Positions 8,392 through 16,545 of a stretch of DNA of 64,000 bases are shown here, piece by piece. The notes under the pieces were generated by a model. The model searched no databases, was not told the origin of the DNA, and worked only from the letters and a program-made list of their open reading frames with translations. A program made the translations under genes and the position numbers. The stretch is from a virus. Position 1 is the first letter of the stretch. Every line of letters starts with the position of its first letter. Where the stretch lies: IMG/VR virus record IMGVR_UViG_3300007513_000013, positions 32,001 through 96,000 of that record; one strand, 5' to 3'.

Positions 8392-8420
8392 TTGACAAAC
8401 ACGTCACCATATGAGATAAT
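8392..8420 (+). promoter_or_regulatory. Sigma70-like early promoter
   Basis: TTGACA-17 nt-GATAAT followed by TATAGAAAC. Confidence 0.8.
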
Positions 8421-8451
8421 GTATATAGAAACAGTGGCAAAAGGAGCCAAA

Positions 8452-8622
8452 ATGTTAGATATAGAACGAGCAAAGATTCAATCCTTTCTCGACAACGCAG
8501 AAACGCCCGAAGAAACTGAGCTTGCAGAAGCTTTGCTTGAGGGTTATGATAGTGGTGAACTTGAGGTTCTGACAGATACAGCAACGGGCGAATTGCTCTT
8601 TGCTTTGAAGAGGGTAAACTAA
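8452..8622 (+). CDS. Acidic hypothetical protein
   Basis: ATG 8452 after AAGGAG (MLDIERAKIQ...). Confidence 0.7.
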   Translation: MLDIERAKIQSFLDNAETPEETELAEALLEGYDSGELEVLTDTATGELLFALKRVN

Positions 8623-8834
8623 TGACTGATATTAGTCAAATTATTTTAGATGTACTGGATTCACATCCAGACTTAGCCGGGAACCATGCCAACGCTGAAG
8701 TAGCAGAGCTATGTGAACAAAAACTACTAAACGCTTCGCTGCATCAGTTGGCAAGCGTTATTGGTGGTACTGTAGAAGTAGATAATGACGGTCAAGCTGT
8801 TATCTACACAAATATGCGCCTTGGAGGGCTATAA
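8622..8834 (+). CDS. Hypothetical protein
   Basis: 70 aa ORF, TAATG coupling. Confidence 0.65.
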   Translation: MTDISQIILDVLDSHPDLAGNHANAEVAELCEQKLLNASLHQLASVIGGTVEVDNDGQAVIYTNMRLGGL

Positions 8835-8837
8835 TTT

Positions 8838-8993
8838 ATGACGAGAGCAGAAGAACTAAAAATCCTTAAAGACTTCATTGACAAGAATGGAGTAACTCAG
8901 CTTCCCCCAGATGAAAGGGGGCCAGAAGCATTCATTAGCGCATGGGCAAAGCCTAAAGCTAAGAGAGGGAGAAAGAAGAAAGTTGCAAAGTGA
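8838..8993 (+). CDS. Small basic protein, not in ORF track
   Basis: GGAGG then MTRAEELKILKDFIDKNGVTQLPPDERGPEAFISAWAKPKAKRGRKKKVAK*. Confidence 0.65.
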   Translation: MTRAEELKILKDFIDKNGVTQLPPDERGPEAFISAWAKPKAKRGRKKKVAK

Positions 8994-9036
8994 AGTAAAA
9001 GAAATACTGATTGACTTGGTTAATTATTATAATACA

Positions 9037-9219
9037 ATGGGCACGCAATCTGATCCGGGCATTGAAGCCTTTCAATCAGTTGCACAACGCGCATCAAAAG
9101 CATTAGAACGCGATGCTGCTAACAAACGTTTAGGTTCAGCAGATGTTGATCCATATTCGTTTGATGTAGTTGGTACGCTCAAAGAAGTAGCTACCGTTAA
9201 ACACGAATCAGAACTTTAA
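9037..9219 (+). CDS. Hypothetical protein
   Basis: MGTQSDPGIEAF... to stop 9219; start uncertain. Confidence 0.5.
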   Translation: MGTQSDPGIEAFQSVAQRASKALERDAANKRLGSADVDPYSFDVVGTLKEVATVKHESEL

Positions 9220-9326
9220 TTTTTTTATTTTTTTGGTTTTAGATAGAGGTAGCAAAGGTTATAAGTAGATAAAGGCGTTGATTGATTAGGTGGAAGTGGA
9301 AATAGGTGGTTAGAGTAGTACTATAA

Positions 9327-9355
9327 AGCCTATATACGCGAACACCGCTTGTCAA
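9327..9355 (-). promoter_or_regulatory. Possible leftward sigma70-like promoter
   Basis: Minus strand TTGACA-17 nt-TAGGCT (TAnnnT), back-to-back with the promoter at 9389. Confidence 0.45.
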
Positions 9356-9388
9356 GCCTTTATTTATTTTTTTTTTATTTTTATTTGC

Positions 9389-9417
9389 TTGACAAGCGTA
9401 CCGTCGCATGGTATGAT
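9389..9417 (+). promoter_or_regulatory. Sigma70-like promoter
   Basis: TTGACA-17 nt-TATGAT with TG extension and upstream T tract. Confidence 0.8.
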
Positions 9418-9443
9418 GGTATTAACAAGTAGGAGGATTGTTT

Positions 9444-9527
9444 ATGACGCTAGGAATTATTGGTTATATAGCGGCTGTGGCTGCATCGGCAACGATGTTC
9501 GCATGGTCGAACCCTAAAAAGTTTTAA
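9444..9527 (+). CDS. Small membrane peptide (27 aa)
   Basis: AGGAGG then MTLGIIGYIAAVAASATMFAWSNPKKF*. Confidence 0.6.
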   Translation: MTLGIIGYIAAVAASATMFAWSNPKKF

Positions 9528-9897
9528 AACAGGCTATTTTTAAAGCCTAATGATATCGCGGAGTTAGTTTAACTTTCGCTTAGTGGAGATAGAATTGAAA
9601 TTATTTTCTACATTGCCTCTCGACAATTTAATATTGCTTTCAATATTGCCCTTTGGTACGGGCTATTTATTGGACGAGGAAGACAAGCCAGACGAGAATT
9701 CTCTCATGTTTGCCATGGCATTAATAGCGGCTGACAGTCGCGCAACCATTCCAACCATAACCTACAGCAATTAATATCGAGGGCAGCAATGTATAATTCA
9801 GACGAGTCAGTGATCACGGGTATGGATATCCATCCAATCGTCAAGAAAATGACAGTCAAGAAGGTTAAAAAAAGATTGAAAAAGCGAAAGAAAAAGC

Positions 9898-9926
9898 TTG
9901 ACAAACGGCGCAAAATTTGAGATAAT
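9898..9926 (+). promoter_or_regulatory. Sigma70-like early promoter
   Basis: TTGACA-17 nt-GATAAT followed by TATAGAAAC. Confidence 0.8.
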
Positions 9927-9958
9927 GTATATAGAAACTTAGAGAAGGATAACATTCT

Positions 9959-10183
9959 ATGGCTAGCGACTTGTACAACGTCATGACCCACGATCAGGCA
10001 GTTGATTATTTCAACGCTGAGATCCTGCCAACAATCAAAGAGCATTACGAGCAAGATGGCGTTCCAGATCTTCCCGCGCGCCGTGAAGAGTGGAACAATT
10101 GGACTGATTCGCTCTGCAAAGATGAGCAGATCAGCGACTGGCAATACGACAATTGGACACAACCCGAAACCTGCGAGGGCTAA
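9959..10183 (+). CDS. Hypothetical phage protein
   Basis: ...DLPARREEWNNWTDSLCKDEQISDWQYDNW, a pattern seen in small early phage proteins. Confidence 0.75.
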   Translation: MASDLYNVMTHDQAVDYFNAEILPTIKEHYEQDGVPDLPARREEWNNWTDSLCKDEQISDWQYDNWTQPETCEG

Positions 10184-10190
10184 AAATAAT

Positions 10191-10247
10191 ATGCTTACAA
10201 TAGCAATTCTTTCAGCAGTAGTAACCACAACAAGTATTTTTATTTAA
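10191..10247 (+). CDS. Small hydrophobic peptide (18 aa)
   Basis: MLTIAILSAVVTTTSIFI*. Confidence 0.35.
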   Translation: MLTIAILSAVVTTTSIFI

Positions 10248-10255
10248 TTTTTTTC

Positions 10256-10284
10256 TTGACAAACCTTATGTCATTTGCTATAAT
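10256..10284 (+). promoter_or_regulatory. Sigma70-like early promoter
   Basis: TTGACA-17 nt-TATAAT with TG extension, then TATAGAAC. Confidence 0.85.
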
Positions 10285-10321
10285 GTATATAGAACAATGA
10301 AGAAAGGTTAAGAGTATACCT

Positions 10322-10495
10322 ATGACACGTAAAGACTTCCAACTGATTGCCGACGTACTCAAAGCTAGTAGCACGTCCCCTATGAATCGCTGCGTAATAC
10401 GAGAGCTAGCGGTGAGCTTCGCTAGCGAGCTAACCAAGACCAACCCCCGCTTTAATAAAGAGCGTTTCGTTAAAGCCTGTTTAGAAAAAAGCTAA
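10322..10495 (+). CDS. Hypothetical phage protein, not in ORF track
   Basis: MTRKDFQLIADVLK...NPRFNKERFVKACLEKS*, a recognisable small phage protein pattern. Confidence 0.75.
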   Translation: MTRKDFQLIADVLKASSTSPMNRCVIRELAVSFASELTKTNPRFNKERFVKACLEKS

Positions 10496-10667
10496 ACAAT
10501 AACAAACAGTTAAAGGTACCCCCCCTCCCCCCTATACCGGAATTATAATCCCTTATAGAGAGGGGAGAAGTGGGGACTAAGTACAGCCGCGTGATCACAA
10601 AAAAAAATTAAGCCAGAATTCGAAACAACGTTACCTCCGAACTATTTATATAAAAGGAGACAATAAC

Positions 10668-10742
10668 ATGAAAAACGTACTACATCGATTACTTAACTGG
10701 CTAAACCCGATGCATTGCTGTTGCAAGTGTGGCTGTTGCTAA
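10668..10742 (+). CDS. 24 aa Cys-rich micropeptide
   Basis: AAGGAGA SD; MKNVLHRLLNWLNPMHCCCKCGCC*. Confidence 0.6.
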   Translation: MKNVLHRLLNWLNPMHCCCKCGCC

Positions 10743-10753
10743 TAAAAAAAAAT

Positions 10754-10813
10754 ATGGAACTAGCTAGATTAAAAAAAATAATCATAGAAGAACTACGTAA
10801 ACTTCTAGAATAA
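10754..10813 (+). CDS. Leader-only micro-ORF (19 aa)
   Basis: MELARLKKIIIEELRKLLE*, matches the leader motif of downstream proteins; no clear SD. Confidence 0.5.
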   Translation: MELARLKKIIIEELRKLLE

Positions 10814-10865
10814 TGATGAAAAGCTAAATTTTAGTACTATTTAATATATCAGGAGTGTTAACAGC

Positions 10866-12062
10866 ATGAAAATCACTAAATCAATATTACAAAGAATCAT
10901 ACAAGAAGAATTGAGCTTAACCTTGAAAGAAGCGTTTTGGCCGTTCGGCGTACGCCTAGGCGATATCGTAGAGCCTGCAGCGCAGAGTGTCGCGCGGTCA
11001 GACCCGGCATATACAGCAGACGCCGCGGCCAACATATATGATCGAAACATGCAACTGTTGCGAACAAATCTAGGAAAAGGCTACGGTCGACATCGACTGG
11101 GAATTGGACCAGAATTTGCCGCACCGCCGCTGCAGCAGGGAGACTTTATTGATTTAGACGGTGATGGCGAAAACGATTCTGCAACAATATTGCGCCTTGC
11201 CTTAAAACACCACTTAGAAGATGATGACGCGGCGATTAACACGGTACCGGCATACGAAGCCGATCCGTTAACAGCTGGCGGAGCGCTGCTAGGAGACTAT
11301 TTAGAGGAAACAAAACATATGAAAATCACAAAATCAATATTACAAAGAGTTATACAAGAAGAACTACAGGCAGTACTGCAGGAAGAAAATTTTACACCTG
11401 CGGACTTTGGCCAAGAGCAGATGACGCACGTGGCACCGGTTACGCAGGGTTCAAGTACGTTCGTTCCAGTAGGCATTGAAGACGAAAGTACCCGCACATC
11501 GTACCCTGTGAGCAAGACCCCGATGAGCCGTATTGACCGCCGCGAGCCTGGTAGTGTCGATCTTAAGCCCTCTGAAGAGGCGCGCAGAGACTTTGTCACC
11601 GGATCCACGATTGGAGTGGTCGGTGAAGCGCTTTCATTCGAGCAAATTGTACAAGAAGAATATGATATGCTAATGCAAGAAAAAGAAGAAAAGCTAGTGA
11701 CCCCAGCAAAAAGTCCGAAGAAGGGATTCACAAAAGACAAGAAAGTCACAGTAAAGGGCGAATTCGGTGGCAAGAAAGTAGTAACGTTACCAGGAAAAAA
11801 ATATGATCCCGGTAAATTTCGCGATGATGTTAAGATAGTCCACACGGGCCCAAAAAAGCCCAAGTATACGCCAAGAGTAACAGTAGGCGGCTTGGTCAAG
11901 CGCGACATAGAAGATGTATATGGAAAAGAAGATAAGAAAGAGAAGAAAAAAAGCAATCTAAAAGTAAGCAAGAAGCCGACAGATAAAGATACTGCAGCTC
12001 TGCGTAAACTAAAGAAACAGAAAGAGAAAAACATCGATGCTAAAGCGCGGAAGAAAAAATAA
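10866..12062 (+). CDS. Modular protein with repeated MKITKSILQR(I/V)IQEEL leader and Lys-rich C-terminus
   Basis: Leader at aa 1 and again from 11319 with near-identical DNA; AGGAG SD. Confidence 0.8.
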   Translation: MKITKSILQRIIQEELSLTLKEAFWPFGVRLGDIVEPAAQSVARSDPAYTADAAANIYDRNMQLLRTNLGKGYGRHRLGIGPEFAAPPLQQGDFIDLDGDGENDSATILRLALKHHLEDDDAAINTVPAYEADPLTAGGALLGDYLEETKHMKITKSILQRVIQEELQAVLQEENFTPADFGQEQMTHVAPVTQGSSTFVPVGIEDESTRTSYPVSKTPMSRIDRREPGSVDLKPSEEARRDFVTGSTIGVVGEALSFEQIVQEEYDMLMQEKEEKLVTPAKSPKKGFTKDKKVTVKGEFGGKKVVTLPGKKYDPGKFRDDVKIVHTGPKKPKYTPRVTVGGLVKRDIEDVYGKEDKKEKKKSNLKVSKKPTDKDTAALRKLKKQKEKNIDAKARKKK

Positions 12063-12166
12063 CCGCCAAAGAAAAAGAGAAAGTTCACGGCGCAGGAAAT
12101 GGACGATATGGACAAAGACTTATAGACACTATTAACAATTATTAAAAGGACAAGGGTTAACCACAC

Positions 12167-12718
12167 ATGAAACTAACTAAATCACGACTACAACAAATTA
12201 TTAAAGAAGAGTTACAGGCAGTTCTCCAAGAAACCGGCCCATACCAAGATCAACATCCGGGTAGTGGCTGTGATCCTTCCGTGCAGACATGTGTTGGCCC
12301 ATCGGTTGAATTGGGTAGTGAATTTGATTACGGCGGCAAAACGGCTGATGTGGTTAGATCCTACCAAGCCGGGCAATCACGTGACATGTCACCTCATTCT
12401 AACCAAACCCTTACCGGCGATTTCCAAACACTACTAGCGCATGCAAGTGAAGTTGGAGATGCTATGGACCCGGGTATGAGGCAGCATATGCATGATTTAG
12501 GCCAAGAATTACTGGCCCGGGGCTATCCAGCCAATTTAGTTAATGCGCAATATAAGACATTTGGAATTAACCAACAACAACCACAATATAAACTGCAATT
12601 AAGAAATTTAAACAAGGCACCGGGAGAGGAGGGCTTTGTGCCCATCGATGAGTCAACAATCAAAAAACAACAACTGCAGGATATTATTCAAGAAGAATTA
12701 CGAAATGTTTTGCTATGA
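12167..12718 (+). CDS. Leader-bearing hypothetical protein
   Basis: MKLTKSRLQQIIKEELQAVLQE at the N-terminus and QLQDIIQEELRNVLL at the C-terminus. Confidence 0.8.
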   Translation: MKLTKSRLQQIIKEELQAVLQETGPYQDQHPGSGCDPSVQTCVGPSVELGSEFDYGGKTADVVRSYQAGQSRDMSPHSNQTLTGDFQTLLAHASEVGDAMDPGMRQHMHDLGQELLARGYPANLVNAQYKTFGINQQQPQYKLQLRNLNKAPGEEGFVPIDESTIKKQQLQDIIQEELRNVLL

Positions 12719-13803
12719 AGTTAACCAAGGCCAAATTGCAACAAATTATCAACGAAGAATTACTAGTTTGTTTTAATGAAGAAAAAAAAATTTTGGTAAC
12801 TGAAAGCGAGGCGCGACAACCTCGTCGCGGAATGGAATACGATATCGAAAAGGCCCCTCCAATTGATTATGCTGCTGGGCGGGGTTCAACATACGAAGAT
12901 TCATATGGCGAAGAAAGGGCAGCTGCTCCTAAACAAGAGCTATCTTCTGAAGCTTGGGAAGATATTCTTCATATGGCCAACGATCCATTTTCTGTGTATC
13001 ATAACATGGCGCTTGACGCAATACGAGCTGAATTACCATCACCGTTCTTTACCCATCACATGCCGGGCATGCCGGGCCTATCGAAAAAAGAAGCTAATGA
13101 TTGGTTATATTCTACTGGCTTTAGCGGAATAGAAGGTCATGGTGAAGCTGCAGACTATGAAACAACACTTGTATCTCCCCACGTACCTGAGCAGTACGCG
13201 GGCGAAAAATCGCCCGGCCATATAGATCTATATAGGTGGGGCATTGCTCCTGGTATATATGAAGAAAACTTAAAGCGAGTCGTAAAAGAAGAATATAAAA
13301 AATTATTGGAAGAGCATGCGAAAGATTACGTTTGGGGCGTCAAGGCTCCCTACGGGCGCGCCGCCAATCAATATGAGCTAAAAACACTTCATGAATCAAA
13401 AGCTGGGATATTGCCGCCCGGGCAAGCATCACATACTCCGACCACAGCTGGTAACCCTGAAGAAGAAAAGAATTGGCCAACCGGAGGTAAATTATATCGT
13501 AAAGGGTGGCACAACAAGCCTTATGATATGTGGTACCGACACGGGCCAGCGCAAGCAAACGCCGTTCCAGTTTTTAGTCCTGCCAACCAATCTCGCGAAG
13601 GCAGCAGATGGAGCATCACACCACTTGGGTGGCCCAACGTTCAAGAAATGGACAAAATATATGGCGCTGGTGGTCTAGGCGAAGAAAGCCCTTTTCCCAT
13701 CGGCGGGCCTTATGAGCGAATATATATACCGGCCGGAATAAGGCAAGGACCTGAAATGGACGCATATATAAGAGAAAGTGCTCCATGGTTGTTTGTTGAT
13801 TAA
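12715..13803 (+). CDS. Leader-bearing modular P/G/Y/W-rich protein
   Basis: MKLTKAKLQQIINEEL; internal LKRVVKEEYKKLLEE. Confidence 0.8.
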   Translation: MKLTKAKLQQIINEELLVCFNEEKKILVTESEARQPRRGMEYDIEKAPPIDYAAGRGSTYEDSYGEERAAAPKQELSSEAWEDILHMANDPFSVYHNMALDAIRAELPSPFFTHHMPGMPGLSKKEANDWLYSTGFSGIEGHGEAADYETTLVSPHVPEQYAGEKSPGHIDLYRWGIAPGIYEENLKRVVKEEYKKLLEEHAKDYVWGVKAPYGRAANQYELKTLHESKAGILPPGQASHTPTTAGNPEEEKNWPTGGKLYRKGWHNKPYDMWYRHGPAQANAVPVFSPANQSREGSRWSITPLGWPNVQEMDKIYGAGGLGEESPFPIGGPYERIYIPAGIRQGPEMDAYIRESAPWLFVD

Positions 13804-13883
13804 GAAAAAAATATTTTTGATGTTTTCTGTTCTCGATAAACTATTTATATTATAAAAACGTGCACGAATTAAGGAGAATTTAA

Positions 13884-14486
13884 ATGTCATCATTCAAAAA
13901 AGGCAGTTCAAGTACACAAACACTAACAATCACAAAGGAATTGGTTGTCGACAGCACGACTCTCGTCGTTGATGATGATGATAATAACGTCGGTATAGGA
14001 ACTGCAACGCCGTTAACCAGTTTACATGTAATAAATGATTATCAGGCTGAAACATTTGAGAACCACTTAACTAGCGGTCAAGGCGGTGGCGAAATTTTGC
14101 GCTATTCGCCGGGTGCTGATGATACCTTAACAGCGGGGCAAGTATACTTTCTACATACGGATGGCACGTGGAATGTTGCAGACGCAGACGCCGAAGCAAC
14201 AGCAAAAGGTATGCTTGGTGTTGGTCTTGGCGGCTCTTCGCGTACGGTTGGAGTATTGACACGTGGATTTATCCGTATACCAAGTACTGAAATTTTAAAC
14301 ACACCCGGTAGTGGTGCCGTCGACGGCCTACCTCTTTATATAAGCACTACAGATGGCCACTTTGATTTCACGGCGCCTTCAGCTTCAGGAGACATAGTTC
14401 GACTTGTAGGGTATGCGATTGATGACCATTCTAGTGACGTCCTTGTTTATTTTAATCCCTCCAATGATTACGTGGAGATAGCATAA
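13884..14486 (+). CDS. Putative virion structural (fibre/decoration-like) protein
   Basis: VDSTTLVVD...NVGIGTATP repeat typical of tail-fibre proteins, then a beta-rich domain. Confidence 0.6.
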   Translation: MSSFKKGSSSTQTLTITKELVVDSTTLVVDDDDNNVGIGTATPLTSLHVINDYQAETFENHLTSGQGGGEILRYSPGADDTLTAGQVYFLHTDGTWNVADADAEATAKGMLGVGLGGSSRTVGVLTRGFIRIPSTEILNTPGSGAVDGLPLYISTTDGHFDFTAPSASGDIVRLVGYAIDDHSSDVLVYFNPSNDYVEIA

Positions 14487-14487
14487 T

Positions 14488-15360
14488 ATGGCTGTGGCTC
14501 TTAAGGTCAATGGAGTTGCATGTCGCGATCTCAAAAAAAGAAATGGCGTTGCAAAATTGAGCGTTGATAACTATAATGGAACGGCACATACCAGCCCCTC
14601 TCCTATAATTTATTACACCTTCGAAGATCATGATACGGCCATTGAAGATTATTCAGAAAGCGGCACAGATCATGATGGAACTGGTAGCGGTACCGAAAGG
14701 GATGACACATCAGCAAAACGGGGAACATATTCTTTAAAGTTTGAGGCGGGCGCGCCCGACACGGAACATATAGAAATTGCGCACCATGCTGACATAAACT
14801 GGGATCATGATGATCCATGGACGATCTCAGGATGGGTTATAATGTCGTCAGCAATTGCCGGGTATCGTGGCCTTTATGTTAAAAGAGAGTCCGCGGGTAA
14901 TGACTACACCGGCCCTGCAGTATTTTTTGCTACTGTTAGTGGTAATCAGTGCGTTACGGCTTATTTGATATCGGATTGGACTAGTCAATCAGGCGATCCT
15001 GCTGCTTATGATGCTGCAATTTATAAAGAATCTACTGTTACAATAGACGATAACGATTGGCATCATGTTGTGGTTACATATGATGGATCAGGCGGGCAAG
15101 CCGGAATGCTTTGCTATATAGATGGTTCTCTTGATAGCACTTTTGCTGTGGCTGAAAGCAGAACAACAGTTGCTGGTAAGCCAACTACGAATTCGGTTGT
15201 GGCTCGCGTGGGTGGCGATACCGCCAATCTTCCCACCGCTCAATATTCTTTAAGCGCTTGGCTAGATGAGTTCGCCATATGGAACGTGGCGCTAACAGCA
15301 AATCAGGTTTCTGTTTTATATAATAGTGGTACACCAGCTGCCATAGCATCGGGACTATAA
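14488..15360 (+). CDS. LamG/concanavalin A-like jelly-roll protein, probably virion-associated
   Basis: WTISGWV, WHHVVVTYDG, YIDG, LDEFAIWNVALTANQVSVLY. Confidence 0.85.
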   Translation: MAVALKVNGVACRDLKKRNGVAKLSVDNYNGTAHTSPSPIIYYTFEDHDTAIEDYSESGTDHDGTGSGTERDDTSAKRGTYSLKFEAGAPDTEHIEIAHHADINWDHDDPWTISGWVIMSSAIAGYRGLYVKRESAGNDYTGPAVFFATVSGNQCVTAYLISDWTSQSGDPAAYDAAIYKESTVTIDDNDWHHVVVTYDGSGGQAGMLCYIDGSLDSTFAVAESRTTVAGKPTTNSVVARVGGDTANLPTAQYSLSAWLDEFAIWNVALTANQVSVLYNSGTPAAIASGL

Positions 15361-15361
15361 A

Positions 15362-15682
15362 ATGCCAGTATTAATAGCACCACACAAGATAGCAGCTGCA
15401 CAATGGGAATACGACGCAAAAATAACTATACCTGACAGCATGCCGGAATGGTCTCGTAAATTGCAATGCTTGTTGGCAAAGGAAGCGCTATATCAACATG
15501 AACAAGCATTAACAAACACACAGGTACAAGAAATTAAGGCCAGATACTTAGAGACTTGGAGTGTAAAGAAAGACGGAGAAGTACCTTCCGAAGATCCCTT
15601 GCCACATTTTATCATCGGCTCAGGAACATCCGAAGATCCTTACAAAATGAACTATTCTTCGTTTTTGTTAACAGAAGAATAA
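15362..15682 (+). CDS. Hypothetical protein
   Basis: 106 aa ORF contiguous with the LamG gene; contains GSGTSEDPY. Confidence 0.65.
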   Translation: MPVLIAPHKIAAAQWEYDAKITIPDSMPEWSRKLQCLLAKEALYQHEQALTNTQVQEIKARYLETWSVKKDGEVPSEDPLPHFIIGSGTSEDPYKMNYSSFLLTEE

Positions 15683-15686
15683 TCTA

Positions 15687-16013
15687 CTAATACTTTTTCT
15701 TTTTCTTCCACTTCTTTTTATTACGATTGCGGTTGTTTTTATTTCTATTATAATAATGATGGTGGTGTCGATGTATAGTTGTTTTTCCTCTATAAATTGT
15801 TCTCTTTCTGATTATCCGCCTAGGTCGATAATATCTTCTAGGTTTGTGATATCTATAGTATTTTCTTCTCGGACGTTCATATATGTGCACATCCGCAGGT
15901 ATGTGTGAGGTGTATACAACACGATGTGGTGTAATTACACCATGGTGTGCATAGCAACCCGGGGTAATCACCATACCAAACCCCGTAATAATGTATAAAA
16001 TGCATTTTTCCAT
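15687..16013 (-). CDS. Arg/His/Lys-rich putative lipoprotein
   Basis: AAGGAG SD on the minus strand; hydrophobic N-terminus with PGC, then a highly basic tail. Confidence 0.7.
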   Translation of the reverse strand: MEKCILYIITGFGMVITPGCYAHHGVITPHRVVYTSHIPADVHIYERPRRKYYRYHKPRRYYRPRRIIRKRTIYRGKTTIHRHHHHYYNRNKNNRNRNKKKWKKKKKY

Positions 16014-16093
16014 TTGTTTTCTCCTTTATACAACATTAATTATTGCAAGTCGCATGCCAAAGTAAAAAACAAAATGACACAGTATTTATAAAC

Positions 16094-16264
16094 ATGGACT
16101 CAGAACAACAATTTGTTAATTTAATTATAGCTGAAAGCGCTGCGGCATCTTTGGAGATAGAGAATGCTAGGTTGCGTACGGAAAATGAAAGATTAAAGAA
16201 AAAAATATTTGACTTTATTAAACTAAATCCGTCTAAAGACTATTTAGATATACTAAAAAAATGA
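16094..16264 (+). CDS. Small coiled-coil protein
   Basis: MDSEQQFVNL...LEIENARLRTENERLKKK. Confidence 0.6.
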   Translation: MDSEQQFVNLIIAESAAASLEIENARLRTENERLKKKIFDFIKLNPSKDYLDILKK

Positions 16265-16458
16265 TTAAAATTGGGGACTTAGTGCAACTCGATTTCGGCG
16301 CTGATATATTTGGAATTGTACTAGAAGTCAATGAGATATTTGATGAATACCCTGAAACAGCTGGTAGATATGATGTGCAAGTATACTGGTTTGATTCAAA
16401 TGATGCATATTGGTGTTTCTCAGAGGGCTTGCATATAATATCTTCTATAAAAAAATAA
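16261..16458 (+). CDS. Small SH3/KOW-like protein (VGDLV family)
   Basis: MIKIGDLVQL...FGIVLEV...VQVYWFD...LHIISS. Confidence 0.75.
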   Translation: MIKIGDLVQLDFGADIFGIVLEVNEIFDEYPETAGRYDVQVYWFDSNDAYWCFSEGLHIISSIKK

Positions 16459-16545
16459 AAACTATTTACAATCATGGCCATTTGTGTTATGATTAACTAA
16501 ACTTATCGCTGCCGCGGTAAAACTAATTTCAATTGAGGTAAAAAA

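Noticed and set aside
8911-9036. Extended starts given by the ORF track (8911, 8392, 7170, 7560, 7863, 6705, 6149, 22041, 54058, 61254)
   Set aside because: They overlap other better-supported genes or promoters; downstream starts with SD or stop-start coupling fit better
11297-12166. Long minus-strand ORFs (e.g. 11297-12166, 2201-2794, 35054-35800, 9704-10228, 47186-47671)
   Set aside because: Antisense shadows of well-supported + strand genes; no SD, no motifs, composition mirrors the K/E-rich sense strand
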